Below are positions 16,883 to 25,757 of a DNA stretch of 25,763 nt, piece by piece (the stretch's first letter is position 1; each line of letters opens with the position of its first letter). The notes below the pieces were generated by a model that was not told the origin of the DNA, made no database searches, and worked only from the letters and a program-made list of their open reading frames with translations. The position numbers were made by a program, and so were the translations under genes. This DNA comes from a virus. Lineage: Duplodnaviria; Heunggongvirae; Uroviricota; Caudoviricetes. The stretch covers positions 1 to 25,763 of IMG/VR virus record IMGVR_UViG_2778261381_000004. One strand, 5' to 3'.

Positions 16883-17476
16883 TTACATTAGCTGGTCAAT
16901 CGTGATTGAAGAACTCACAACCTGTGAGCCAACCAGAATTTCCTCGCCATAGATAAGTTGTACTGGGTTGCCCTGGTTTTCTGTATTTTGAGGGCCGTCG
17001 AAATAATAAGAGTTCGAGTTATCTGCCTGTCTCACACTTTCGTTAGTGGCTTGCGGCGATATGATTTGTGATATGCCGCCCATCATCAGTGACAAACCGA
17101 GAGGTGCTAAAGCAGGCATCACTACCGCCGATACAACCAACAAAGCGGCCCCTACTACCGTCTGAAACCACCCAAAAGCAGATCCACCGCTTCCTCGCGG
17201 AACAGGTGTAATGCGGATTTTGGCAATGTTGTCAGACTGCCCCATCATCTGATATTCACTTTCGTCAACAGACCACTTGTGGCCCTGTTTATTGGTGATC
17301 TGGATGTGGTAACGGTCATAGGTTTTGATATTGCGCTTCATCCATGCTTTAAACCCAGGCTTGTTGGCCTCAATTAAATCCAGAGCCTGTTTTGTATTGC
17401 GCACCTTTAGATGCCAGTGGCGGCCAAAATGTTTGGCCATAGGGCCGCCAAGCTGCACATGAACTAACTCAGACAC
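16883..17476 (-). CDS. I: Tail assembly protein, lambda I-like
   Basis: 197 aa. C-terminal YGEEILVGSQVVS resembles lambda gpI YGEMRVGSRVVS, plus a Gly/Ala-rich hydrophobic middle. Sits between K-like and J-like genes. Confidence 0.75.
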   Translation of the reverse strand: MSELVHVQLGGPMAKHFGRHWHLKVRNTKQALDLIEANKPGFKAWMKRNIKTYDRYHIQITNKQGHKWSVDESEYQMMGQSDNIAKIRITPVPRGSGGSAFGWFQTVVGAALLVVSAVVMPALAPLGLSLMMGGISQIISPQATNESVRQADNSNSYYFDGPQNTENQGNPVQLIYGEEILVGSQVVSSSITIDQLM

Positions 17477-18288
17477 GTCTCATCTCCCTTGAGCAAGTCT
17501 CTGTGACGCAAGTGATGCGTCGTATGTTTCTGATACATTCCGCCGTAATAAGCACGACAACTAAGACGGTCGATCTGGTGATGAAGAATCATTCCATCGC
17601 CGATATAAACCGCGCAGTGATCTGGCATTTTCCCGTATTGAATAAAGAAGACGTCCCCACGTTGAGGCTCTGTTCCAGGTGCAAGCCGTACCAATCCCTC
17701 GTTTCGGTAGTTCTGGTCGAGAATGTCGTTATCGCCGGTGTACCACGATGGAATATGCAGGTGTGCGTTCGGGTTAAGCTCGACGTTAAACTCACGCTTC
17801 AAATAGTCCCGACACAACATCCAGCAATCGAATACGCCAAATACATACGGTCTACCCAGGTATGGCATTTCGAAACCATCAGGTGTGATCACATTCATCT
17901 CGCTAAAATGGAAAGGGGCATCTCCCTCAACATTCTTGCGAATAGCCAGAATCATCCACGGAACTTCCGTCGCTTCACAGCCTGCACGATCGGCATCAGA
18001 TGCTTCTGCTGATTCATCAGTATGTGAATGCCAGATTGCGATTACGTCACCTGCATCCTCTGCCGCCATAATGTCGTCAACGTGCATTACAAAAGTGTTC
18101 TGCGGGTTCTCCGAAACATTTCGCGCTTCCATAAAGCGATATTTGTCGCCATTAGTTCTCACCAGAAAGCCACACGCTTCATTAGGGTAGCGATTTATGG
18201 CGCAGAGATAGATTTGCTGCATAACATCAGAGCCAAGCTCAGGGATTGCTTTATTACCCATATCGCGTAGCTCCAATAAACCCGCCAA
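17464..18288 (-). CDS. K: Tail assembly protein, lambda K-like (JAB/MPN plus NlpC/P60-like domains)
   Basis: 274 aa. JAMM-like motif AIWHSHTDESAEASDADR and a Cys/His pair consistent with NlpC/P60 (FDCWMLC ... DHCAVYIGDGMILHH). Position between L and I. Confidence 0.8.
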   Translation of the reverse strand: MAGLLELRDMGNKAIPELGSDVMQQIYLCAINRYPNEACGFLVRTNGDKYRFMEARNVSENPQNTFVMHVDDIMAAEDAGDVIAIWHSHTDESAEASDADRAGCEATEVPWMILAIRKNVEGDAPFHFSEMNVITPDGFEMPYLGRPYVFGVFDCWMLCRDYLKREFNVELNPNAHLHIPSWYTGDNDILDQNYRNEGLVRLAPGTEPQRGDVFFIQYGKMPDHCAVYIGDGMILHHQIDRLSCRAYYGGMYQKHTTHHLRHRDLLKGDETCLS

Positions 18289-18952
18289 AATGGATCACTC
18301 CGTTGGCAAAATAATTCCGACGCGCATTACAGGCGTCATAACGTTTTGTGCAGTAATCAGCACCAGACATAGACGTCTGCTGGTTATTTTTGTCGAAATA
18401 TGGACCGGTATAGCCGCATTCTGGCCCTCGGTATTTCCACGGGCAGGTGTTTTTAATGATCTGACGATACGGCAGTTGCACCCCCATCAAATCGAACACA
18501 CTGGACAATTCAAACTCGACAACCTGATGAGTTTCGAGAGTTTTCTGTTCGATAAACCACATTTCATCCGGGAAATGTTGGTTTGGATCTGCTGTTGGGT
18601 TGCCGTCTTTAAAATTAACGGCATCGAGGAAGCGAGCCAGCGTCATCTTGCGAATAATGCGGCAGCCAACAAGATCGTCGTTCGCCTGAACTTCCGCAGA
18701 GACGGTTCCGGCAAAGTTCGATACCTGAATTTTTGGACGTGGCAACGTTCCCTGGCCAGTTTTGTCAAAGCCTGATGCTTTGATTGGCCACGGCTCGTAT
18801 GTCACTCCTTGCCAGACGACCGGTTGCATCAGTTCGTTTGTTCCGGCGTGGAAGAATAACTTCCCCCCTGAAGTTGTGTTCGACATATCCAGTACGAACA
18901 ACTCAATGAGTGCAGAGGGAGATAAGCTCTGAATATCAGCTTTAATTCCCAT
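18254..18952 (-). CDS. L: Minor tail protein, lambda L-like
   Basis: Strong similarity to lambda gpL as I recall it: VVWQG.TY.P.PI.ASGF, ARFLDAVNF.DGNPTADP, NTCPWKYRGPECGYTGP and a Cys-rich C-terminus. Start chosen at the ATG at 18952 (AAGGA RBS); the longer ORF from 18985 would overlap an upstream hairpin. Confidence 0.85.
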   Translation of the reverse strand: MGIKADIQSLSPSALIELFVLDMSNTTSGGKLFFHAGTNELMQPVVWQGVTYEPWPIKASGFDKTGQGTLPRPKIQVSNFAGTVSAEVQANDDLVGCRIIRKMTLARFLDAVNFKDGNPTADPNQHFPDEMWFIEQKTLETHQVVEFELSSVFDLMGVQLPYRQIIKNTCPWKYRGPECGYTGPYFDKNNQQTSMSGADYCTKRYDACNARRNYFANGVIHFGGFIGATRYG

Positions 18953-18974
18953 TGTTTCATCCTTGAAATAAGTA

Positions 18975-18997
18975 GGCGCTAACATCCTGTCAGCGCC
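18975..18997 (-). promoter_or_regulatory. 5' leader stem-loop upstream of the L-like gene
   Basis: Seen in sequence: GGCGCT / AGCGCC inverted repeat with an 11-nt loop, between motif site D and the L RBS. Confidence 0.35.
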
Positions 18998-19002
18998 ACA
19001 AT

Positions 19003-19028
19003 GATAGTAAATTAGTACTTACTTATCC
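19003..19028 (-). promoter_or_regulatory. Recurrent intergenic motif, site D (minus-strand reading GGATAAGTAAGTACTAATTTACTATC)
   Basis: Seen in sequence. Shares GATAAGTAAGTA with site A and the 3' TTACTAT with site E. About 50 nt upstream of the L start. Confidence 0.4.
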
Positions 19029-19034
19029 AGATAC

Positions 19035-19370
19035 TTAAGCCTCAAATACTTGTCTGAATGTAGCAGTTAAGACACAGTACCCCTGATATCGCTTGACCGT
19101 ATGACTGTCACATACAACTACAATCCGTTTTCCTCTTGGATTAACCCAATAGAACGACTCAACGCCTGCTCGCTCAGTCAGGAAGTCATCGATTGCATTA
19201 ATTTCGTTGTATGATCTGGTAAAGGTTAACGACCATTCTTCTTTAATACGATTAAGACCTTGAGCCTGTCGCTGCTCGTAGTCATCACCAAAATTAAGTA
19301 CCGTTACATTCGGTTTTACGCTTTTTTCAGATTCGTAATCTGGATACCAATTAAACGTTTGTCTTTCCAT
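19035..19370 (-). CDS. M: Minor tail protein, lambda M-like
   Basis: 111 aa. Segments FGDDYEQRQAQGLN and ESFYW resemble lambda gpM (FGDGYSQRAPAGLN, KSFLW). Position between tape measure and L. Confidence 0.75.
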   Translation of the reverse strand: MERQTFNWYPDYESEKSVKPNVTVLNFGDDYEQRQAQGLNRIKEEWSLTFTRSYNEINAIDDFLTERAGVESFYWVNPRGKRIVVVCDSHTVKRYQGYCVLTATFRQVFEA

Positions 19371-19407
19371 CTCACATCCTTGTGAGACTGCCCCGGTCGG
19401 GGCAGTC
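19371..19407 (-). promoter_or_regulatory. Two adjacent stem-loops between the tape measure stop and the M start
   Basis: Seen in sequence: near-perfect GC-rich palindrome GACTGCCCCG / CGGGGCAGTC (19386-19407), and a small hairpin CTCACA / TGTGAG (19371-19386) whose loop is the AGGA Shine-Dalgarno immediately before the M ATG. Confidence 0.4.
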
Positions 19408-19412
19408 GATAG

Positions 19413-22400
19413 TTAGTTACGTTGAGTGTTTGGGTTGAGTGATCCGCCAGGGCGTTTCTCTTGAGCGATAGTCTCAAGCGCGATTGCTTTCATCCGTTGA
19501 GCGGCATTGTTCCATATGCTTTCTGTATCGCCGGATTCAGTTGTGCTACCGTCACTATGGACGTTGATCTCAATTGATACAGGAGAAAGAACATTTCCTC
19601 CTCCACTCATACCATCGGTACTGAGCGTTACAGGGATTGTTCGACCATCAGGCAATGGAACATACGCCTCATTCATAGAACCTTCCCCAAACAACGCTAA
19701 TTGAGGTGAGTTAGCAATACCGCCTTTCTGGTATGCCCGGAGCGGGATCACGCCGTCTTTTCCGAATATTCCGCCATTTGCAAACTTCGGGATTGCAGGA
19801 ATGCCTTTAGTTCCGTCAGCCACACTGCTGGTTGCGGTTTTAGCAGAGCTTGATGTCACGCTGTCGAAACCACCGCCAGCCCATACTGAAACCAAACCAG
19901 ATGCAACTGTCGCGCCGAAATTCAACCACTTATTACCAGAGCCGGAAGCATTAGCTCCAAGCATTGCAAACGCGGCAGACAGAGCGCCGGTAACAGAGCT
20001 GAGGTTCTGCATCGAGAAGATGGAGTCCTTCACTGCTTTTGTCTCAGCATCTTTGGCTTCGGTGCTATTAAATAGCCCTGATACCCAGCTACCAATCGCA
20101 TTTGTTGCTGTGCCAATTGCGCTGGTGGTCTGCTGTGTCGTTTGCCCCAATCCAGTTACCGAACTGGACGTCTCCTTCGTGGCTTCTCCTACCGACTTGT
20201 CGCCATTAACAGTGTTGCTTATGCGCACACCTTGATTGGCAACTGCGGAAGCAACCCCGGTGAGCAAATTACCACTCTGTGAACTACCAGCTGCGGTGGT
20301 TCCCATTCCCAACATGTTCATTAGAGGCAGCGTGATCTGCGACTTCACGACCATATTGGTGATATCTTTCAAAATGGACTGAGATAGGCTGGAGAAGCTC
20401 ATCTTCCCGTTAATAACGAAATCAGTCAGGACATCAGTTAAGCCACTAAACAAATCAGTCCAGGTGCTTTCGATCTGCTCTGCCAGATTTTCGTATTCCA
20501 GTGCCAACTTCTGCGTCGCAGTCCCCGTCTCTTTAATAAGCGCGGTATTGCCAGCAGCAATCAGTTGATTGATTTTCTTTGTATAAAGCGCCACAACTTT
20601 AGGATCAGACGCCTTATCACGAAGTTCTATCAACGCTTTGAGATTGCGGTTGTAGGTGTCTTTGAAATCAGCAACTTTCTCTTCGCGAGACGGCGTATAG
20701 CCAGCACTAATAATGGAATCCGCCTCCGGTGCCCAAGTGGAGATCATCTGCTCAACATTGCGGCGATTAAACATCTCACGATATTCAGGTGTCGCATTTT
20801 TGAGGTCTTCAAGACGTTTTTTCGCCTTGTCGATCATCTCTTGAGTGATGAACTCGTTAGGAACCGCATTAGCCAAATCTGTCAGCGATTTCGTTGTATC
20901 GCGAAGAGACTGATCAAACGATACCGTAGCCTTAGAGCTTTCACCCATTTGCCCCATAAGCTGATCGGCTTTGTCCAGAGCCTTCTGGTATCCGGCTGCC
21001 AGTTTCTGTTGCGCTGCCTGTTCCTTCTTGGCCGCACGCTGCGAGGCGTTAGCTGATCGTTGGGCTGCTTTCTCGGCAGCTGCTGCATCCTGTTCACGAG
21101 CTTTAGTAAGTGCGGCAATGGCTGCGGCACGCTCTTCATCGCTCATTTTCTCCAGAGAGCTGGCACTGGATGCTTTCTGCAAATTAAGCTGCGTCTTGAG
21201 TTGTTTAGGCCCAATAATCGGCTTACCTTCGAAGTCCATCATCGGAGTGCCGTCAGGCAAAGTACGCTGATAAGTCGCAGAATCCATCTGGTTTCGCATA
21301 TATTGCGCCAACGCCTTCTGAGCAGCTTTATCAGTTGTACCTAACCCAAGAACAGTCCCCTGGTTTGACATTACGCCCTTACCAGTTTTGGCCGCGTTAT
21401 CTCTCTCGAACTCTGCCTGAGTAAGTTCCTGAGCAACGGCTTCCAAATGCTCCTGATAACCACGAATACTGCCTTGCAGTTTCTGGATTTGCTCGGTATT
21501 GCCATCCTTTTTGGCTTTTTCAAGCTGATCATTAAGAGTCGCGATTTGCTTCTCGGTCGCATTCTTACGAGAAGAAAGTGAATCAACCAGTTTTTGCGCA
21601 GGCTCCAGATAGCTTTTGTTTACCGTTTCACGTAACGGTGCCAATAGCTTGTTCTTTTCGTCATCTGAAAGTGAACCGTCATCATTGATTTTCTGGATCT
21701 TATCCAGAGCCTCCTGCCGGGCTTTCACGAATGTTGCCGCGAAAATCTGGTTTTCCGCTCGAATTTTCTCAATCTGAGATTCGGCAGCCTCTTTAGCCAA
21801 ACGCTTTGCTACAGCGCCGTCACCAAGAGCTATCGTGCCGGTTATCTTTTGATACTCTTCCTGATTTTTTTTCAGGCGTGCTTCGATGTCAGCCTTCGAC
21901 TCTTTGTGAGTAATAACACCGGCAGAGTTAGATACGTAATTAACACCCTCACCAGTTTTTAATGCTCGTTGATCAGCAAGAATCTGCTTTTCGAGCTTTT
22001 CTGCGCGGTCGGCCATTTGTGCACGTTTGGCCGCCGTCATCGCCTCTGGTATTTTCCTAATCTCGTCAACGACCTTTGAAGTTTCGCTGCGGAGCATGGT
22101 CATGTACGTGATTAGGCCAGCAACAGCTACAGTGGCAACTGTAAATGCTGCCCCTATAGGGTTTGCTGCAATGAACGCCGTTAATCCAGCAAAAGCGCCT
22201 TTAAGCCCCGTAATCGCCCCACGGATGGCGAAAATAAGAGAGGGGATCGGAGCCAGCCCCATACGTGCCGCACGATTGAATCGGGTTACTGCTGTAGCGC
22301 CGAGGTTAAATGGAGTCTGTATGGCGGTCGCCATCGTGGCAAAGGTGCTAACCATCTGGCTGCCTGCGCCAACTACCCCCATGATCCCTGCTCGCATCAG

Positions 22401-23987
22401 TTTGAACGCAACCATCGCGGCCACGACCTTACCGAGATTAATTACCAGCTCTTGGTTCTTTGCTAACCATTGAGCAAGCTGACGCAACCCATCGATTGCC
22501 GTCGTTAACCCCGAGCCTAAAGAATTGGCAAACGAAATCCCTTCGGCGCTATTCATGATTGAAGCCAGTTCTTTCATCCCCTTCGATAGAGAATCCAGAT
22601 ATCCGGCCTGACCAACCCGATCAGCAAATAACGTGAATGACGTCTGAAGTTGCGCCAGCGCACCTGTGTAGGTTTGCATCATGTCTTTCGCTGCGTTCTC
22701 ATTCTCCGCACGCAGACCAACAAACATCAGAGACAACGCCTGTTTTGCCTCAACCGTACCGCTGGCAACGGCTTTAGTCAGTTCCCCCATAGTGATGCCT
22801 GCGGCGTCTGCCATTGCCTGCATCGCGTTAGGAACGGCTTCACCTAATTGCTGACGTAGCTCTTCCATTGACACAACGCCCTTACCGGACATCTGCTGAA
22901 CGGCCACAGCCGCACGTTTCAACAGCTCACTATCACCACCAAAACGAGCAACGGAGTCCACCAGCGCCTTCAGAGAACCATCGGTTGGATCTAAGCCAGC
23001 AGAACGAAACTTCACGAAGGAATCTGTTAACGCCTGCATCGCGAACGGCGCATTTTGCGCCATGTCTACGATGTACTTCATATCATCAGCGGCAGCCTGG
23101 CCCGGGTTGGACTTCTCCTTATTCAACCCTCGAAGCATCACCCGCATACGTTCCATTTCGGCCGCAGCTTCAACAATAGGCTTCTGCCACCCAAACATGA
23201 TGTCAGTAACCGTTCTGGCTGCATCTCCGATCTCGCCAAGCAGGAAAATGTTGCCACGAAGGCCAGAGAATATACCTCCTTCGTTACTTTTACCGCTATG
23301 GCCAGAAGCGCCGCTACGCCGCCCGCTACCACCATCGCCACTTCCAGATGTACGAACGCGTACCGGCTTGCTAATCAGTTGCTGACGTCCGATAACTTCG
23401 TCCATCTGCTCACGAACCTTTTTCAGTCCCTCGGCAGCCTGACTCGTTGTGACACCCCAATTACTGAGTCGCTTCGTCGTGGTATTAAGGCGCGTATTCA
23501 TGCCACTCACGGACGCAGAGGCTTCTTTGGCCTCCGTACCAAAGCGGCTTGCGCTTTTGCTTGCATAGGTCGCCCAATCAGAGAAATCATTTAGCTCTGA
23601 TTGCACTTTACGTAATGACGCGGTGAGTTTATCTACTGAAGAAGTTGTCGTATCGACGCGCTCAATCAGGGCTTTAAGACCAGAATTGAGGCTGGTGATG
23701 TTGCCACGCATTTTACGCGTAGCATCTGAAGCAAGCTCAAAACCGGCAGCTACATCCTGTAGTTTATCTGCCGTAGAATCGAGCTTGCTTTCCAGAACGC
23801 CAATGATACGGGCGACCGAACCCAAAGAGCGTTCAAAGGTTTGGATTTTTTGAGCAGGCTTTGTTACCTGCTCACCAAATCGAGTAAGCAGTTTCCCCGC
23901 ACGATCGATTGACGCTGTAAACTGTTTGTCTTCCAGCGACAGGATAAACTCTACGTTTTGTGACATTCCCTTGTCATCCTCTGCCAA
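19413..23987 (-). CDS. Tail tape measure protein
   Basis: 1524 aa, the largest ORF of the module. Ala/Gln/Lys-rich helical composition, hydrophobic segments in the middle, Gly-rich C-terminal region. Located between the G/T chaperone pair and M as in lambda H. Confidence 0.85.
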   Translation of the reverse strand: MAEDDKGMSQNVEFILSLEDKQFTASIDRAGKLLTRFGEQVTKPAQKIQTFERSLGSVARIIGVLESKLDSTADKLQDVAAGFELASDATRKMRGNITSLNSGLKALIERVDTTTSSVDKLTASLRKVQSELNDFSDWATYASKSASRFGTEAKEASASVSGMNTRLNTTTKRLSNWGVTTSQAAEGLKKVREQMDEVIGRQQLISKPVRVRTSGSGDGGSGRRSGASGHSGKSNEGGIFSGLRGNIFLLGEIGDAARTVTDIMFGWQKPIVEAAAEMERMRVMLRGLNKEKSNPGQAAADDMKYIVDMAQNAPFAMQALTDSFVKFRSAGLDPTDGSLKALVDSVARFGGDSELLKRAAVAVQQMSGKGVVSMEELRQQLGEAVPNAMQAMADAAGITMGELTKAVASGTVEAKQALSLMFVGLRAENENAAKDMMQTYTGALAQLQTSFTLFADRVGQAGYLDSLSKGMKELASIMNSAEGISFANSLGSGLTTAIDGLRQLAQWLAKNQELVINLGKVVAAMVAFKLMRAGIMGVVGAGSQMVSTFATMATAIQTPFNLGATAVTRFNRAARMGLAPIPSLIFAIRGAITGLKGAFAGLTAFIAANPIGAAFTVATVAVAGLITYMTMLRSETSKVVDEIRKIPEAMTAAKRAQMADRAEKLEKQILADQRALKTGEGVNYVSNSAGVITHKESKADIEARLKKNQEEYQKITGTIALGDGAVAKRLAKEAAESQIEKIRAENQIFAATFVKARQEALDKIQKINDDGSLSDDEKNKLLAPLRETVNKSYLEPAQKLVDSLSSRKNATEKQIATLNDQLEKAKKDGNTEQIQKLQGSIRGYQEHLEAVAQELTQAEFERDNAAKTGKGVMSNQGTVLGLGTTDKAAQKALAQYMRNQMDSATYQRTLPDGTPMMDFEGKPIIGPKQLKTQLNLQKASSASSLEKMSDEERAAAIAALTKAREQDAAAAEKAAQRSANASQRAAKKEQAAQQKLAAGYQKALDKADQLMGQMGESSKATVSFDQSLRDTTKSLTDLANAVPNEFITQEMIDKAKKRLEDLKNATPEYREMFNRRNVEQMISTWAPEADSIISAGYTPSREEKVADFKDTYNRNLKALIELRDKASDPKVVALYTKKINQLIAAGNTALIKETGTATQKLALEYENLAEQIESTWTDLFSGLTDVLTDFVINGKMSFSSLSQSILKDITNMVVKSQITLPLMNMLGMGTTAAGSSQSGNLLTGVASAVANQGVRISNTVNGDKSVGEATKETSSSVTGLGQTTQQTTSAIGTATNAIGSWVSGLFNSTEAKDAETKAVKDSIFSMQNLSSVTGALSAAFAMLGANASGSGNKWLNFGATVASGLVSVWAGGGFDSVTSSSAKTATSSVADGTKGIPAIPKFANGGIFGKDGVIPLRAYQKGGIANSPQLALFGEGSMNEAYVPLPDGRTIPVTLSTDGMSGGGNVLSPVSIEINVHSDGSTTESGDTESIWNNAAQRMKAIALETIAQEKRPGGSLNPNTQRN

Positions 23988-24243
23988 ATATTTGCATCAG
24001 TTGCTCTTTGGCGTCAGGGTCTGCCTTATCCTGGCTTGGATCGTAGACTTTATCTGTTACGACTGGTCTTCCAATCCTGAGTTGCAAACCCTCCATGAAC
24101 GCCTTCACAGCCTCGCCATCCGCCTGGGACGCACGAGCGACTTGTAAGTTGCGGACATCCTCTTCCGCACGCAGACGGTCTATATTGCGACTGAGCATCC
24201 AGAACATCGTGAGAGGAACGTTCAGTAGCTCTAATGGCGACAC
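23974..24243 (-). CDS. Tail assembly chaperone, T-like frame (probably expressed as a G-T fusion by -1 frameshift)
   Basis: 89 aa ORF in the -1 frame relative to the G-like ORF. The listed start codon is GTG, and by my hand translation the frame stays open upstream to about 24360, overlapping the end of the G-like ORF. Confidence 0.5.
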   Translation of the reverse strand: MSPLELLNVPLTMFWMLSRNIDRLRAEEDVRNLQVARASQADGEAVKAFMEGLQLRIGRPVVTDKVYDPSQDKADPDAKEQLMQIFGRG

Positions 24244-24323
24244 GGCGTAGTGAGCAACTACACGACTGAAATAGAATCCGAGATCTATTGAGACGGTCCT
24301 TGTCCCGGATTCATCGCGGGAAA

Positions 24324-24641
24324 TTACTTTGCCCCTTCGCCAGCCGCTTTTTCGTTTTCTTCATCAATCACTTCCATAGCGAAGGTGAAGATCTGCTGGA
24401 GTTGCGGAACAGTCAGTTTTTCAAGAACTTCGTCAGGTACTGAAGGGATAACCTTACGAACCAGATCTGCATAAGCTGTCACTTGCTCAACAGGAGACAT
24501 ATTCATGAGATCTTTGCCTTCCATCTGCTTGATGGAAACGAACAGACCTACCGTCATTTCAACGATGGGATATTCCTGACCGCCAAATTTGATGCTTTTC
24601 TTCGGAGGCAGAATGGAATCTAGATCGAGTAATTTGGTCAT
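24324..24641 (-). CDS. Tail assembly chaperone, G-like
   Basis: 105 aa acidic protein located between the major tail gene and the tape measure gene, followed by an overlapping -1 frame ORF. This is the conserved G/GT arrangement of siphovirus tails. Confidence 0.6.
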   Translation of the reverse strand: MTKLLDLDSILPPKKSIKFGGQEYPIVEMTVGLFVSIKQMEGKDLMNMSPVEQVTAYADLVRKVIPSVPDEVLEKLTVPQLQQIFTFAMEVIDEENEKAAGEGAK

Positions 24642-24662
24642 TGGTTAAAATCCTTTTAAAAG

Positions 24663-24682
24663 AGAGGCCCATCCTGAGCCTC
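24663..24682 (-). terminator. Terminator/attenuator-like hairpin between the major tail gene and the G-like gene
   Basis: Seen in sequence: minus-strand RNA AGAGGC-UCAGGAUGG-GCCUCU followed by CUUUUAAAAGGAUUUU. Six-bp stem only, so probably partial termination. Confidence 0.35.
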
Positions 24683-24696
24683 TGCTTAATTACTGA

Positions 24697-25443
24697 TTAA
24701 TCTGCGGGGTTAATCGTTACTGACTTAGTTGCCTTCTTACCACCGCTATTGCTGGTGAAGGAGATATTTGTAGAACCCTGCGCCACACCACGTACCAGAC
24801 CCGTTTGATCTACCGTGGCCTTTTCCTGGTCTTCGGATTCCCAAACACCGGTTTTGTCTGCGGCATCAGCTGGAGTGATTTCGGCTGTCAGTTGCACAGT
24901 TTCTCCAGCTTTTACGGTTGGAGATTCCGGTGAGATCGACACAGTTTTTACCGGTTTAGGACCGCTCATTTTGCCCAGAACGCCTTCATCATCCGGGTAT
25001 GCGCTGAACTGAACAGAGAACACACGAACATCATCAGACTGGTAGGTCATAGTGAAGTTGCCCGCGGTTGCCGCTTTCGGGATGGTCAACACATAGTCGG
25101 TGGTGTCCTGCGGAGTCAGAACCAGCTCCTTCGCCACATCAATCAGGTTAACGCCCTGTGCAGATGTGATCGTGACAGAGTTGTCATCTTCGCTCAGAGT
25201 AGAACCAGGCATCAGGTCAACCATGTTTTGGAGTACAGACTCAGCCAGAGGCGCGGTGATGGTAATGTTGCGCCCCTGAACTAATTCGGAAATTACGGTC
25301 TGCCCCAACTGATCGACGGTGACTTTCAGCGTTTCAGTGGCTACTTCAACCTGAACACCACCTTTGGTGTAACCCAAATCCACACCACCAAACGACACCT
25401 TACAGGCACCAAGTTTGATGTTTTTTACATGGGTATTAGACAT
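24697..25443 (-). CDS. Major tail protein (V-like) with C-terminal Ig-like (Big_2-type) domain
   Basis: C-terminal ~80 aa (VKTVSISPESPTVKAGETVQLTAEITPA...GSTNISFTSNSGGKKATKSVTINP) looks like a bacterial Ig-like domain, as on lambda gpV. Start chosen at the ATG at 25443 (AAGGAG upstream); the longer ORF from 25479 would begin about 10 nt from motif site E. Confidence 0.7.
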   Translation of the reverse strand: MSNTHVKNIKLGACKVSFGGVDLGYTKGGVQVEVATETLKVTVDQLGQTVISELVQGRNITITAPLAESVLQNMVDLMPGSTLSEDDNSVTITSAQGVNLIDVAKELVLTPQDTTDYVLTIPKAATAGNFTMTYQSDDVRVFSVQFSAYPDDEGVLGKMSGPKPVKTVSISPESPTVKAGETVQLTAEITPADAADKTGVWESEDQEKATVDQTGLVRGVAQGSTNISFTSNSGGKKATKSVTINPAD

Positions 25444-25490
25444 TGATGGAAAACTCCTTTTTCCGTTAATTCTACGCATTCATTGCGCTA

Positions 25491-25510
25491 ATAGTAAGTA
25501 TATACTTACC
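25491..25510 (-). promoter_or_regulatory. Recurrent intergenic motif, site E (minus-strand reading GGTAAGTATATACTTACTAT; contains 16-bp perfect palindrome GTAAGTATATACTTAC)
   Basis: Seen in sequence. The palindrome spans 25494-25509. 18 of 20 positions identical to site B. About 47 nt upstream of the proposed major tail start. Confidence 0.45.
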
Positions 25511-25517
25511 AATTGAG

Positions 25518-25757
25518 TTAATTCAATAAATAGCCAGCAAATTCAACAGGAATGCCTGCTTCTATTAATGCCCCATCATTTTTGGGATAAATGATTGGCA
25601 TCGCCATCGGTCGTACAAGTCGAAAATAAACACCACCAGATTCCGTTTCCTCTACTGGAAACATCTCAATGATTTTATTGGCTTTCTCAACCGTCGTAGT
25701 AATTGACGTGAAGTGGTTTACTGAATTTGGCCACCTGAACAGAGGTGATATGCTCAC
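25518..25757 (-). CDS. Hypothetical protein, partial; possibly a U-like tail terminator by position
   Basis: 79 aa ORF whose frame remains open to the window edge, so the N-terminus is probably truncated. Sits immediately upstream of the major tail gene. No sequence motif recognised. Confidence 0.3.
   Translation of the reverse strand: MSISPLFRWPNSVNHFTSITTTVEKANKIIEMFPVEETESGGVYFRLVRPMAMPIIYPKNDGALIEAGIPVEFAGYLLN

Noticed and set aside
17503-18775. Plus-strand ORFs 17503..18012, 17885..18190, 18028..18270 and 18290..18775
   Set aside because: Antisense to the K-like and L-like tail genes, which carry strong lambda-like motifs.
19507-23594. Numerous ORFs of 60-180 aa on both strands inside the tape measure gene
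   Set aside because: All lie within the 1524 aa tape measure ORF; none has an RBS or motif, and the tape measure reading frame is continuous.
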